DNA of 64,000 bases from a bacterium (GTDB taxonomy: Bacteria > Zhuqueibacterota > Zhuqueibacteria > Residuimicrobiales > Krinioviventaceae). This document shows positions 53,162 to 61,937 of this stretch, piece after piece. Every line of letters begins with the position of its first letter. Within the stretch, counting starts at the first letter, position 1. The stretch lies in NCBI GenBank assembly GCA_963675755.2, contig CAXXMD010000002.1, forward strand, positions 896,001-960,000, in the 5' to 3' direction. The position numbers and the translations under genes are program-made. The notes under the pieces were generated by a model, which was not told where the DNA came from, made no database searches, and worked only from the letters and a program-made list of their open reading frames with translations.

Positions 53162-54277
53162 ATGAAAGATCCAAGATTCGACAAACTGGCAGATGTAATT
53201 GTAAATCATTCAACCCGATTAAAAAAGGGTGAAAAAATACTAATTGAAGCTATAGATATACCCGCTGAAATGGTAGTATCACTTGTTAGAAAAGTCAAAG
53301 ATGCAGGCGGCGAACCTTTTGTTTCGATAAAACAAAACAAGGTTCTGCGAGAATTATACAGCCAGGGCACTGACGTTTCATTGCAATTAACGGGTGAACT
53401 GGAAGCGGAACGCATGAGCAAAATGCAGGCTTATGTGGGCTTGCGAGGTTCACACAACATTGCTGAAATGTCTGATGTACCTGCTGATAAAATGAAACTC
53501 TATCAAAAATACTGGTGGGAACCGGTACATATCAACATTCGTGTTCCCAAAACCAAATGGGTTGTATTGCGCTGGCCCTCCTCTTCTATGGCTCAACAGG
53601 CAAATATGAGCAGTGAAACGTTTGAAGAATTTTATTTCAACGTTTGCACACTCGATTATGGTAAAATGTCAAAAGCCATGGACGCTCTTGTTACCAGAAT
53701 GGAAAAAACAGACAAGGTACACATTAAAGGTCCCGGTACAGATTTAACATTTTCCATCAAAGATATTCCGGCAATCAAATGTGCAGGTGAACATAATGTT
53801 CCGGATGGTGAAGTCTTTACAGCTCCAGTCAAAGATTCTGTCAATGGCACCCTGTCATACACAGCAAAGACCATCTACCAGGGTGTAGCGCATGAAAATA
53901 TAGTTCTTGAATTCAAAGATGGCAAAATCGTAAAAGCAACTTCAGACAAAACCGATATCCTCAACAAAGTTCTGGATACGGATGAAGGCGCAAGATACAT
54001 TGGTGAATTTGCTTTGGGTGTAAATCCATTTATAACCCAACCCATGCTGGATATTTTATTTGATGAAAAAATCGGTGGTTCATTTCATTTTACACCGGGT
54101 GCGGCTTATGACGAATCCGATAACGGTAACCGATCAAACGTCCATTGGGATATGGTTTGTATTCAAACTCCTGAATACGGAGGTGGCGAAATTTATTTCG
54201 ACGGAGAGCTGATACGAAAAGACGGTTTGTTTACAACAAACGATCTAAAACCACTAAATCCTGAAAATTTGAAATAG
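53162..54277 (+). CDS. M29 family aminopeptidase (AmpS/AmpT-like), metal site intact
   Basis: NVPDGE, GEFALG, FDEKIGGSFHFTPG..Y, SNVHWD. Confidence 0.92.
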   Translation: MKDPRFDKLADVIVNHSTRLKKGEKILIEAIDIPAEMVVSLVRKVKDAGGEPFVSIKQNKVLRELYSQGTDVSLQLTGELEAERMSKMQAYVGLRGSHNIAEMSDVPADKMKLYQKYWWEPVHINIRVPKTKWVVLRWPSSSMAQQANMSSETFEEFYFNVCTLDYGKMSKAMDALVTRMEKTDKVHIKGPGTDLTFSIKDIPAIKCAGEHNVPDGEVFTAPVKDSVNGTLSYTAKTIYQGVAHENIVLEFKDGKIVKATSDKTDILNKVLDTDEGARYIGEFALGVNPFITQPMLDILFDEKIGGSFHFTPGAAYDESDNGNRSNVHWDMVCIQTPEYGGGEIYFDGELIRKDGLFTTNDLKPLNPENLK

Positions 54278-54281
54278 TATC

Positions 54282-54309
54282 AAGCCCGAGTCTTTCTCGG
54301 GCTTTTTTT
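54282..54309 (+). terminator. intrinsic terminator
   Basis: AAGCCCGAG-tcttt-CTCGGGCTT followed by a T-run. Confidence 0.85.
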
Positions 54310-54403
54310 ATCTGATTATTTTTTATTATGAAAAATATAAAACACATAATAATTGCAACACCAAACAAACGTTTTACGAATTCCAACGAAACAAGGAAAC
54401 ATA

Positions 54404-55447
54404 ATGGCTTTATCATCCGAATATAACCACATATTGAATTATTTCATTCAAGGAGAACTTTTCAAAGCAAGAGAAGAACTGGAATCTCTTGTTAAAGCAC
54501 AACCAGACAATACAACATTTCTCCTTTTACTTGGCAGGTGTAACCTTGCTTTAAAAAACATTAAAGAAGCTGAAAAAATATATAAAAATCTGGCTTTAAG
54601 CACTGATCCTCAATACATAACAGAAAAAAGTGAAGCTGACCTCATTCTGGGTAACCCTGAACAAAGCCTCAAACAATTAGAAACGCATCTCTCACAAAAT
54701 TCTGGTTCTTCAGAAGCATTTTTCATTGCAGCACTTGCAGCTTATAAAACGGGTAACATTGTCAAATCTGATGAAATGATGAGACAAGCCGTCAGCATGG
54801 GATTAGAATGGGAAGATGAACTCCCCATAAACATTGTTGTTGAAAACATGTTAACTCTGATAGAATTTCATGATTTTGAAAATATCTATCTTGACGTTTG
54901 CGAAGAGATTGATGAAGGAAACGACAGTCCCAATAATCGCTGGTTCGCTCTCAATATGCCAATTTACGATTATTTTACAGCACCCAAAGACCAGGAACAA
55001 AAATCATTTAATCTATTGGGACATATTGATCCCGTGGCGTCTCCGGATGTTCTTTCGAATGGCAATGAAAAATTAAAAGTGATACTTGAAGATCTTGCAG
55101 CCAGCCAAACCGATGCCCGTTTTGGTCTTGAAGCAATGAAATTACTGGAAGAAAACAATGAAAAAGAACTGGCTAAACTTATTCTAGCGATGCTTCTTGA
55201 TCACCTGGGACAATTTAGCCAGTATTTCGGATTAAGTAATGAATTTATAAAAAAATCACAATTACAAAACCTGGTGACTGTATTACCGTACAGAATTGCT
55301 ATAATTATCATGGTATTATATACAACAACCAATCCAATAGAGTCCATGCAATATATGACTGAAAAAGAAACCAATAATACAATCATTAATGGCTTGTTAG
55401 CAGCTTGTTTGACATCATTCTATCAGGAAATAAAAAAGTATCAATAA
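54404..55447 (+). CDS. TPR-containing hypothetical protein
   Basis: N-terminal TPR-like helices (PDN...LLLGRC); AAGGA RBS. Confidence 0.6.
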   Translation: MALSSEYNHILNYFIQGELFKAREELESLVKAQPDNTTFLLLLGRCNLALKNIKEAEKIYKNLALSTDPQYITEKSEADLILGNPEQSLKQLETHLSQNSGSSEAFFIAALAAYKTGNIVKSDEMMRQAVSMGLEWEDELPINIVVENMLTLIEFHDFENIYLDVCEEIDEGNDSPNNRWFALNMPIYDYFTAPKDQEQKSFNLLGHIDPVASPDVLSNGNEKLKVILEDLAASQTDARFGLEAMKLLEENNEKELAKLILAMLLDHLGQFSQYFGLSNEFIKKSQLQNLVTVLPYRIAIIIMVLYTTTNPIESMQYMTEKETNNTIINGLLAACLTSFYQEIKKYQ

Positions 55448-55491
55448 TTGTACTCTTAACTCATTCACTATTATTAAAGAGGAGGTTGGAT

Positions 55492-57042
55492 ATGCTGGCC
55501 GAATTTCGTAATGAACCATATTGTGATTTCAATAAAGAGGAAATACGAAAAGCGCAGCAGGATGCTCTTGCGTTAGTAAAATCAAAGTTTGATAAAGAGT
55601 ATCCCCTCTACATCAATGGTCAAGATGTAAAAAGCGACAAAACATTCAAGAGTTACAATCCGTCACAAAAAGATCAGGTTGTTGGCACATTCTACAAAGC
55701 CGGTATTAAAGAAGTAGACATGGCCATGGAAGCAGCATTAACTGCGTTTGACAAATGGAAACGGGTAGCCCCCAAAGAACGGGCAATTGTGCTATTAAAA
55801 GCAGCCCAGATCATGCGTAAACGTAAATTCGAAGTCAATGCCTGGATGGTTTATGAAACCGGAAAGAACTGGCTGGAAGCAGAAGCAGATACCTCAGAAG
55901 CCATTGACTTTATGGATTTTTACGCCCGGGAAATGATCCGTTGGAGTGAGATCAAGGGCGTTCTCCCCTTTCCAAATGAAGTACCCCAGTTGAGTTATAT
56001 TCCTCTGGGTGTTGGGGCTGTAATTCCCCCATGGAACTTTCCTATGGCAATTTTAACAGGTATGACAACTGCCGCAATTGTAGCCGGTAATACAGTTTTA
56101 TTAAAACCTGCAAGCGATTCCCCTGCAATTGGCTACTTGTTGGTTGAAATCATGAAAGAAGCCGGATTGCCCGAAGGTGTTCTCAATTTCATTCCGGGTA
56201 GTGGAAGTGAAATCGGGGACTATATTGTAGAACATCCCAAAACACGATTCATTAGTTTTACAGGTTCCAAAGAAGTCGGGCTTCGTATCAATGAATTGGC
56301 ATCAAAATTATCGCCGGGACAAATCTGGGTAAAACGAGTAATTGCGGAAATGGGTGGTAAAGATACAATTGTAGTAGACAGTGAAGCAGATCTTGAAGAT
56401 GCAGCCACAAACATTGTAGCATCAGCATTCGGTTTTCAGGGTCAAAAATGTTCAGCATGTTCAAGAGCAATACTTGTTGAAGATATATACGACAAGGTTG
56501 TAAATCTGGTTGTTGAAAAAACAAAGAAATTAACCGTTGGTAATGTTGAAGATTTTAAAAACTATATGGGTCCGGTAGTCAATAAAGCATCTGAAGAAAA
56601 AATCCTTTCATATATCGAGTTGGGTAAAAAAGAACATACATTATTAACAGGTGGGAAAAAGATATCTGATGAAGGATATTTTATAGAGCCTACTGTATTC
56701 AAAGATGTTGAACCTGGCAGCCGTATTGATCAGGAAGAGATCTTTGGTCCTGTATTGGCTATTCTTAAAGCAAAATCATTTGATGATGCTATTCAATTGG
56801 CAAACAGTACCGAATTCGGATTAACCGGAGCTGTGTATACGAAAAACCGTTATAAAATTGAAAAAGCAAAATCAGAATTCTTTGTGGGTAATCTCTATAT
56901 CAATAGAAAATGTACCGGAGCAATGGTTGCAGCTCATCCTTTTGGTGGTTTTAACATGAGCGGTACAGATTCCAAAGCAGGTGGATTTGATTATCTGGGT
57001 CTCTTTATGCAGGCCAAATCTGTTTGTGAAAAATTGATTTAA
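55492..57042 (+). CDS. pruA: 1-pyrroline-5-carboxylate (L-glutamate gamma-semialdehyde) dehydrogenase
   Basis: FRNEP, PPWNFP, FTGS, AEMGGK, FQGQKCSACS, EEIFGP, NRKCTGA. Confidence 0.92.
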   Translation: MLAEFRNEPYCDFNKEEIRKAQQDALALVKSKFDKEYPLYINGQDVKSDKTFKSYNPSQKDQVVGTFYKAGIKEVDMAMEAALTAFDKWKRVAPKERAIVLLKAAQIMRKRKFEVNAWMVYETGKNWLEAEADTSEAIDFMDFYAREMIRWSEIKGVLPFPNEVPQLSYIPLGVGAVIPPWNFPMAILTGMTTAAIVAGNTVLLKPASDSPAIGYLLVEIMKEAGLPEGVLNFIPGSGSEIGDYIVEHPKTRFISFTGSKEVGLRINELASKLSPGQIWVKRVIAEMGGKDTIVVDSEADLEDAATNIVASAFGFQGQKCSACSRAILVEDIYDKVVNLVVEKTKKLTVGNVEDFKNYMGPVVNKASEEKILSYIELGKKEHTLLTGGKKISDEGYFIEPTVFKDVEPGSRIDQEEIFGPVLAILKAKSFDDAIQLANSTEFGLTGAVYTKNRYKIEKAKSEFFVGNLYINRKCTGAMVAAHPFGGFNMSGTDSKAGGFDYLGLFMQAKSVCEKLI

Positions 57043-57047
57043 TCATA

Positions 57048-57085
57048 AAGGCCCTGGACAAATTATCCAGGGCCTTGTTTATTTT
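57048..57085 (+). terminator. intrinsic terminator after P5C dehydrogenase
   Basis: AAGGCCCTGGA-caaatta-TCCAGGGCCTT followed by a T-rich tail. Confidence 0.75.
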
Positions 57086-57113
57086 ATGACACAATGTGCA
57101 ACAATTATTCACA

Positions 57114-57231
57114 GGTATGAGGCATTTTCATACCATTCATTCTTCCCTCCATCTCACATACCTTCATAACTTTAATAAAATCAATAAATATTTATTTTTC
57201 ATTACTCAACACATTTGGCATATATTTTGTA
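57114..57231 (+). promoter_or_regulatory. putative sigma54 promoter with upstream palindrome and IHF-like site
   Basis: TTGGCATATATTTTGTA (GG-N10-GT) at 57215-57231; GGTATGA-N7-TCATACC at 57114-57134; AATCAA near 57179. Confidence 0.45.
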
Positions 57232-57266
57232 TTAGATTATTATAACAAGTAGTAGGAGTTGGGGAA

Positions 57267-57662
57267 ATGAATAATAATATTTTATTTATTACAGTATTGA
57301 TGATTTTTGTCTTTTGCAGCATGAATGGATTTGCAAAAGATAAAGAGTCTAATGTTACGGTTCAAATTACTCAAGAGAATAAAAATCCGTTTTTTATTCT
57401 GGAAAAAAATGAACAAAACCCATTTGAACAAAGGGTTTTGCGTTTTACTCTGTTAAAACCTGAATCTGTAACATTATGTATTTTTGATCTCAAGGGGAAC
57501 AAGGTTAACACACTTGTAGCTGCGGAATTGGAACCAGGAACACATGATTTTCTTTGGGATGGAAATGATAATCAGGGAAATCCAGTCAAGAGCGGTGTTT
57601 ATCGGTATTGCTTAAAAACCAGAGAAATTGAAGAATCGCATATAATAGCTTTTTTACGCTAA
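57267..57662 (+). CDS. small exported protein consisting of one FlgD-Ig/T9SS-CTD-like domain
   Basis: Signal peptide, N.QNPF, IFDLKG.KV.TL, WDG.D.QG.PV.SGVY. Confidence 0.75.
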   Translation: MNNNILFITVLMIFVFCSMNGFAKDKESNVTVQITQENKNPFFILEKNEQNPFEQRVLRFTLLKPESVTLCIFDLKGNKVNTLVAAELEPGTHDFLWDGNDNQGNPVKSGVYRYCLKTREIEESHIIAFLR

Positions 57663-58358
57663 TAAACTGAGATACGTTAACAGATCATCCATTGATCCTT
57701 CCCTGTCAGGTTTAAATTTGCTTTTACCTTTATTCTTTTGAAAATTGGTAACCAGAAAAGTACGTATCCCTGCTTTTTGTGCTGCCAGGTCATCTATATG
57801 ATCATTGCCAATCATCAAACATTCACCGGGCTTACAATTAATCTTTTTCAAAATTTCGTCAAAGTAACTCTTGTGTGGCTTTGAACTGTGCATTTCATCA
57901 ATACCGGTAATCAGGTCAAAATCAAAATCTGTAATCCCCCCTTTTTCAAGCCTTATATTAATAGCAATCTTGGGGAAAATGGGTACTGTTGCTACAACAA
58001 TTTTTTCAGCAATCTCAGCAGCTTTATGCAAACAGTCAATTGCACCGGGCACAGGTTTAATAACATCTATGGATCTATATTCATTATCATAATATTCTAA
58101 AAATAATTTATGCATTTCATCCGGCTCTAATCCTGTATAGTTTTTCAATTCATTATAAAACACATCAATTAAAACCGTATTGGAATTTTTCATCTTGAAT
58201 AATGGACGACTGGATTTGTATATAGCATCAATAAAATTTACATTTTTACAATAGGGTTGAATTCTGGGGGCAAGTGATTTGAAATATGCATCCAAAAAGC
58301 TTTGCATATCATTTTCTATAAGCGTATCATCCAGATCAAAAAGTATGGCGCGAAACAT
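57654..58358 (-). CDS. HAD family hydrolase
   Basis: LFDLDDTL, KPH, MIGND..DD. Confidence 0.85.
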   Translation of the reverse strand: MFRAILFDLDDTLIENDMQSFLDAYFKSLAPRIQPYCKNVNFIDAIYKSSRPLFKMKNSNTVLIDVFYNELKNYTGLEPDEMHKLFLEYYDNEYRSIDVIKPVPGAIDCLHKAAEIAEKIVVATVPIFPKIAINIRLEKGGITDFDFDLITGIDEMHSSKPHKSYFDEILKKINCKPGECLMIGNDHIDDLAAQKAGIRTFLVTNFQKNKGKSKFKPDREGSMDDLLTYLSLLA

Positions 58359-58457
58359 TATACATCCTATAATATATTAACAGTTACAACATTTTATAAT
58401 ATAGGCAAAATTAGGGACAATACATAATAATTTAAAACTGGTAGGAAAATACAAGGA

Positions 58458-59045
58458 TTATGGTTTGATCACTTCTACCCAATAAAGATCAGGATGCTCA
58501 TCTATTCCTGTACATTCAAATCCACCAAGAGTCAACATGTCTTTCAGTTGTTTTGAATGAGGCAAAACATCGTGACTGACTACCCCCTCTAGAGATGCAT
58601 GCATCTTGTTTAATTTGCGACTACAGCTTGTATGTAATACAAGCATTTTACCGCCCTTTTTCAAAACTCTGTACAGTTCATGTATTGCTTTAATCGGAGT
58701 AGGGATATGCGGAAACACAGAGAAACATACAATCTTGTCTGCAGATTCTGGTTGAAAGGGTAATGCCATAACATCAGAACAAGTATAATCGCAATTATCA
58801 GAATGAATATGTTGACGCGCTATTTTAAGCATATTATCAGATATATCTTCAGCAACCACTCTCCCCTTTTTACCAACCAAAGGATAAAGATGTTGAGTTA
58901 AACGACCTGTTCCGGCGCCAATATCCAAAACATAATCCCCATTATTAATTCCAAACTTGTTCATATAGTTAAAAAGTTCGTCATTGGGTTTCGCGATATT
59001 GTCCCAGCGAGTAGCAATTGAATTAAAATATTCACGATGAGTCAT
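58458..59045 (-). CDS. class I SAM-dependent methyltransferase
   Basis: VLDIGAGTG, DIS..ML, FPH, VLKKGG; ATGA overlap with the S-component stop. Confidence 0.88.
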   Translation of the reverse strand: MTHREYFNSIATRWDNIAKPNDELFNYMNKFGINNGDYVLDIGAGTGRLTQHLYPLVGKKGRVVAEDISDNMLKIARQHIHSDNCDYTCSDVMALPFQPESADKIVCFSVFPHIPTPIKAIHELYRVLKKGGKMLVLHTSCSRKLNKMHASLEGVVSHDVLPHSKQLKDMLTLGGFECTGIDEHPDLYWVEVIKP

Positions 59046-59557
59046 GATCGATTTCTCCAAACCGTTTCATGTTTAATACGCTGCAAAACAATGGTTACAA
59101 AAAATAAAATAGAAACAATTCCCGGAAGACCTTTTAACAAATATGCTATTGTTGCTAAACCCGGAGGAAGACCAAGCATCTTGGCAAGGGGTACAACAGC
59201 CAGAAACAAAGAAAATCGGGAAGCAACAAACGCCAGCAATAAAACCCAAAACACACCCAACCGGGTATACTTGTAAACCAATCCACCTGCTAGAGTTAAT
59301 GTGAACAATTCAATGATCATAATATAAATTATGGGTGGAGAAATTGGAGGCATTCCGGTTAAGAGAAATGATAACAAAGGTGTTAACACACCTACACCCA
59401 ATGCAAAATAAAGTGGTAAAAAAAACAAGGAAGCAGCTACAGGCCAAAACATGGGTAAAAAGATATTGCCAATGCCTGCTGCATGAAAAACAATCGGAAA
59501 CAAAACACCAAGCGCAATAAACATTGCGCTCAGTGTTAAATATCTGGAATGTGACAT
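59042..59557 (-). CDS. ECF transporter S component
   Basis: About 6 TM helices; SAMFIALGV N-terminal helix, FLPM, SFLLTGMPP, GLPGI. Confidence 0.75.
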   Translation of the reverse strand: MSHSRYLTLSAMFIALGVLFPIVFHAAGIGNIFLPMFWPVAASLFFLPLYFALGVGVLTPLLSFLLTGMPPISPPIIYIMIIELFTLTLAGGLVYKYTRLGVFWVLLLAFVASRFSLFLAVVPLAKMLGLPPGLATIAYLLKGLPGIVSILFFVTIVLQRIKHETVWRNRS

Positions 59558-59559
59558 AC

Positions 59560-61407
59560 CTAGATTCCTACATTCATATCAAACATCAAAGTTCTACCGG
59601 GCATGGGATAGCCATAAATAGTCTGGTATTCCGCATCCAGTAAATTTCTGGCAGATACTTTGAAACTGATAAAAGGTATAGGAGGATTAATCAAAGCGGA
59701 TACATGTAAAAGTGTATAATCTTCCATGGGAGTTAAACGATTATCACTTCCATATATATCCATTGCGTGTACAACGGTTGCTGATAAACTCGTAAATGGC
59801 AATGCATAAGATGCAGTTGCTGATAATTTTTTACCAGGTGTTTCGCGAGTTTCATCACCCAAATCGAGTTTAGCCCAATTGGTAGTAATATGCAATTTTT
59901 CAATAGGCAACCATTTAACAGAAATTTCGTAGCCGGAATGGGTAAATTCACCGGAATTTGTAAAGCTTGGGCCGGTTTGTCCCATAACGGTTCTAATCAT
60001 ATTTTCGCCTTCTGAACGAAATAAACTTGCTTCTACATTTAAACTATTGCCAAGATCCTGACCAACACCAACTTCATAGTTCCACATACGTTCAGGATCA
60101 AGTTCTTCGTTTCTGGGTGGAAATACATAAAGTTCACGGATTGCAGGGCTTCTAAATCCTTTTGCTGCTGACATTCTTAATGATGAATGGGTAAAAGGAC
60201 GAATCACCAAACCTACTTTGGGTAACATTTCCTGGCCATATAATTCATGATTTTCCATACGAACACCGGCAGATGCTATAATATTTTGAATAATCATTTG
60301 CTGAGTATGAATATAGGGTGCCCATTCTGAGATTGAATGTTCAGAATAATCAATATATCCAACCTGCCCTAACGATTCTTCAGCATCACCACCGTATTGT
60401 TTCACATCAAAACCAACAGTGGTCATATTGCCGGTAAAGGGTTCAATGTTGTGATAAAACATTACACCAATGGTTTCATCATTTGAACGCCATCCATCAT
60501 AGATTTTATGCTTGCCAAAATTTCCATGAAGTTTTAAAAAGGATTCACCCAGAGTGCTTTTGTGATCAATGGTTAAATCAGCACCCGAGCGTTTTAAATC
60601 ATACCAGTGATCTGTAAAGGGACTTTGTTCAGTACCGGGATCAAACATGTAAATATTTGAAAGGTTGGCATTAAAAGCAATATTTGTAGATTTTAATACC
60701 TGATAACTTGCATGAGCAGTATAAAAATCGCCTTCATATCCTGAATAATCACGATGTCCATCATTACTGCGAGTAGCAGCGGTTACATAATATTCAAAAC
60801 CACCAAACTTTCCGCCATGAAATCCAGACAATTTTTGAATTCCATAGTTCCCCATACCACCGGATATACGAGAAGTAAAACCATCTTTTTTAACTTTGCT
60901 GGATACAATATTAATGACTCCACCCATTGCATTGGTTCCGTACAAAAAGGAAGCCGGGCCACGAACAACTTCAACACGCTCTACGCCATCCAAAGAATAA
61001 GCATCAGGTATAGGGTGCCCCATCATACCCATGATATCGGGACGGCCATCTCTCAGAACCAATACACCGGTTACCGGAGAACCGCCAACACCACGGATAC
61101 TGATCCCTCCTGCTGCTCCTGAAGCAACTCCATATCCCATGATGTTCTTTTCAGTAATGTGCACACCAGGGGCCTGTTCACTTACCAACTCGAGAACAGA
61201 GTTTGTTGTTGCATGATCAATAGCAGCCTGATCAATAACTGTTATGCTGGATGCAATCTCTTTTTGTGGACCTTGAAATTTTGTTGCGGTTACAACGACA
61301 GGATTAAAAACATACTTTACAGAATCTTTAGTACCTACTGTATTTTCAGCGAATATATTAAATGATAAAATAAAAAGGGTCAATACTACTATTGTAGTTT
61401 TTTTCAA
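59560..61407 (-). CDS. TonB-dependent receptor
   Basis: VVVTAT TonB-box region, plug motif ERVEVVRGPAS.LYG.NAMGGVINI, FRSP, NLLD..Y...YPMPGR. Confidence 0.92.
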   Translation of the reverse strand: MKKTTIVVLTLFILSFNIFAENTVGTKDSVKYVFNPVVVTATKFQGPQKEIASSITVIDQAAIDHATTNSVLELVSEQAPGVHITEKNIMGYGVASGAAGGISIRGVGGSPVTGVLVLRDGRPDIMGMMGHPIPDAYSLDGVERVEVVRGPASFLYGTNAMGGVINIVSSKVKKDGFTSRISGGMGNYGIQKLSGFHGGKFGGFEYYVTAATRSNDGHRDYSGYEGDFYTAHASYQVLKSTNIAFNANLSNIYMFDPGTEQSPFTDHWYDLKRSGADLTIDHKSTLGESFLKLHGNFGKHKIYDGWRSNDETIGVMFYHNIEPFTGNMTTVGFDVKQYGGDAEESLGQVGYIDYSEHSISEWAPYIHTQQMIIQNIIASAGVRMENHELYGQEMLPKVGLVIRPFTHSSLRMSAAKGFRSPAIRELYVFPPRNEELDPERMWNYEVGVGQDLGNSLNVEASLFRSEGENMIRTVMGQTGPSFTNSGEFTHSGYEISVKWLPIEKLHITTNWAKLDLGDETRETPGKKLSATASYALPFTSLSATVVHAMDIYGSDNRLTPMEDYTLLHVSALINPPIPFISFKVSARNLLDAEYQTIYGYPMPGRTLMFDMNVGI

Positions 61408-61431
61408 TCTGTTTTCCTCCGCGTTAGTGGA

Positions 61432-61851
61432 TTATTTTAAATTTTTACCTGTTGTGGTAGTAACCAGTTTTCCATGGATTACTCCCTTCATGCCGATGAT
61501 GGTATCGGCAATTTTACGGACGTCTCTGGCCTTACCTCTTACTGCGGATACTTCTAAACAATGATCATGATCAAGGTGGACATGCATGGTTGATATAATT
61601 TGATGATGATGGTGGTGTTCTTTTTCGGTTTTCTTTTGATCAATCTGCAGATTGTGATGATTATATATAATTGTAATGGTACCAATGGTGTCCTGCTCTT
61701 CATCTTCCCATTCACTTTTAACCAAAGAATCACGAATAAGATCACGGATAGCTTCTGAACGGTTCGCGTAACCTTTTTGTTCTATCAAGCTATCAAATTT
61801 TTTCAACAAGTCATTATCTAATGATACACCGAATCGGCTGAGGCTGCTCAT
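61432..61851 (-). CDS. nikR: nickel-responsive transcriptional regulator
   Basis: RFGVSL RHH domain, [12 protein letters not shown]...[15 protein letters not shown] Ni ligands. Confidence 0.95.
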   Translation of the reverse strand: MSSLSRFGVSLDNDLLKKFDSLIEQKGYANRSEAIRDLIRDSLVKSEWEDEEQDTIGTITIIYNHHNLQIDQKKTEKEHHHHHQIISTMHVHLDHDHCLEVSAVRGKARDVRKIADTIIGMKGVIHGKLVTTTTGKNLK

Positions 61852-61865
61852 ATCATTCCACCTTC

Positions 61866-61892
61866 GTGTTACGTTTTACAAAATAATAACAC
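61866..61892 (-). promoter_or_regulatory. NikR operator overlapping the nikR promoter
   Basis: Perfect GTGTTA-N15-TAACAC palindrome 15-41 nt upstream of the nikR ATG, overlapping a TTGATT/TATTAT-like promoter. Confidence 0.75.
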
Positions 61893-61937
61893 CAACTATT
61901 AAAATCAACACTTTTTTTAAATTGATTATTTCATTTT

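Noticed and set aside
57114-57134. GTATGA/TCATAC as an E. coli-type NikR site
   Set aside because: The spacer is 7 bp rather than about 16; it fits better as a possible enhancer site
61408-61937. Cobalamin riboswitch controlling the TonB receptor
   Set aside because: There is no room for one and no B12-box; the upstream DNA is nikR and its palindrome
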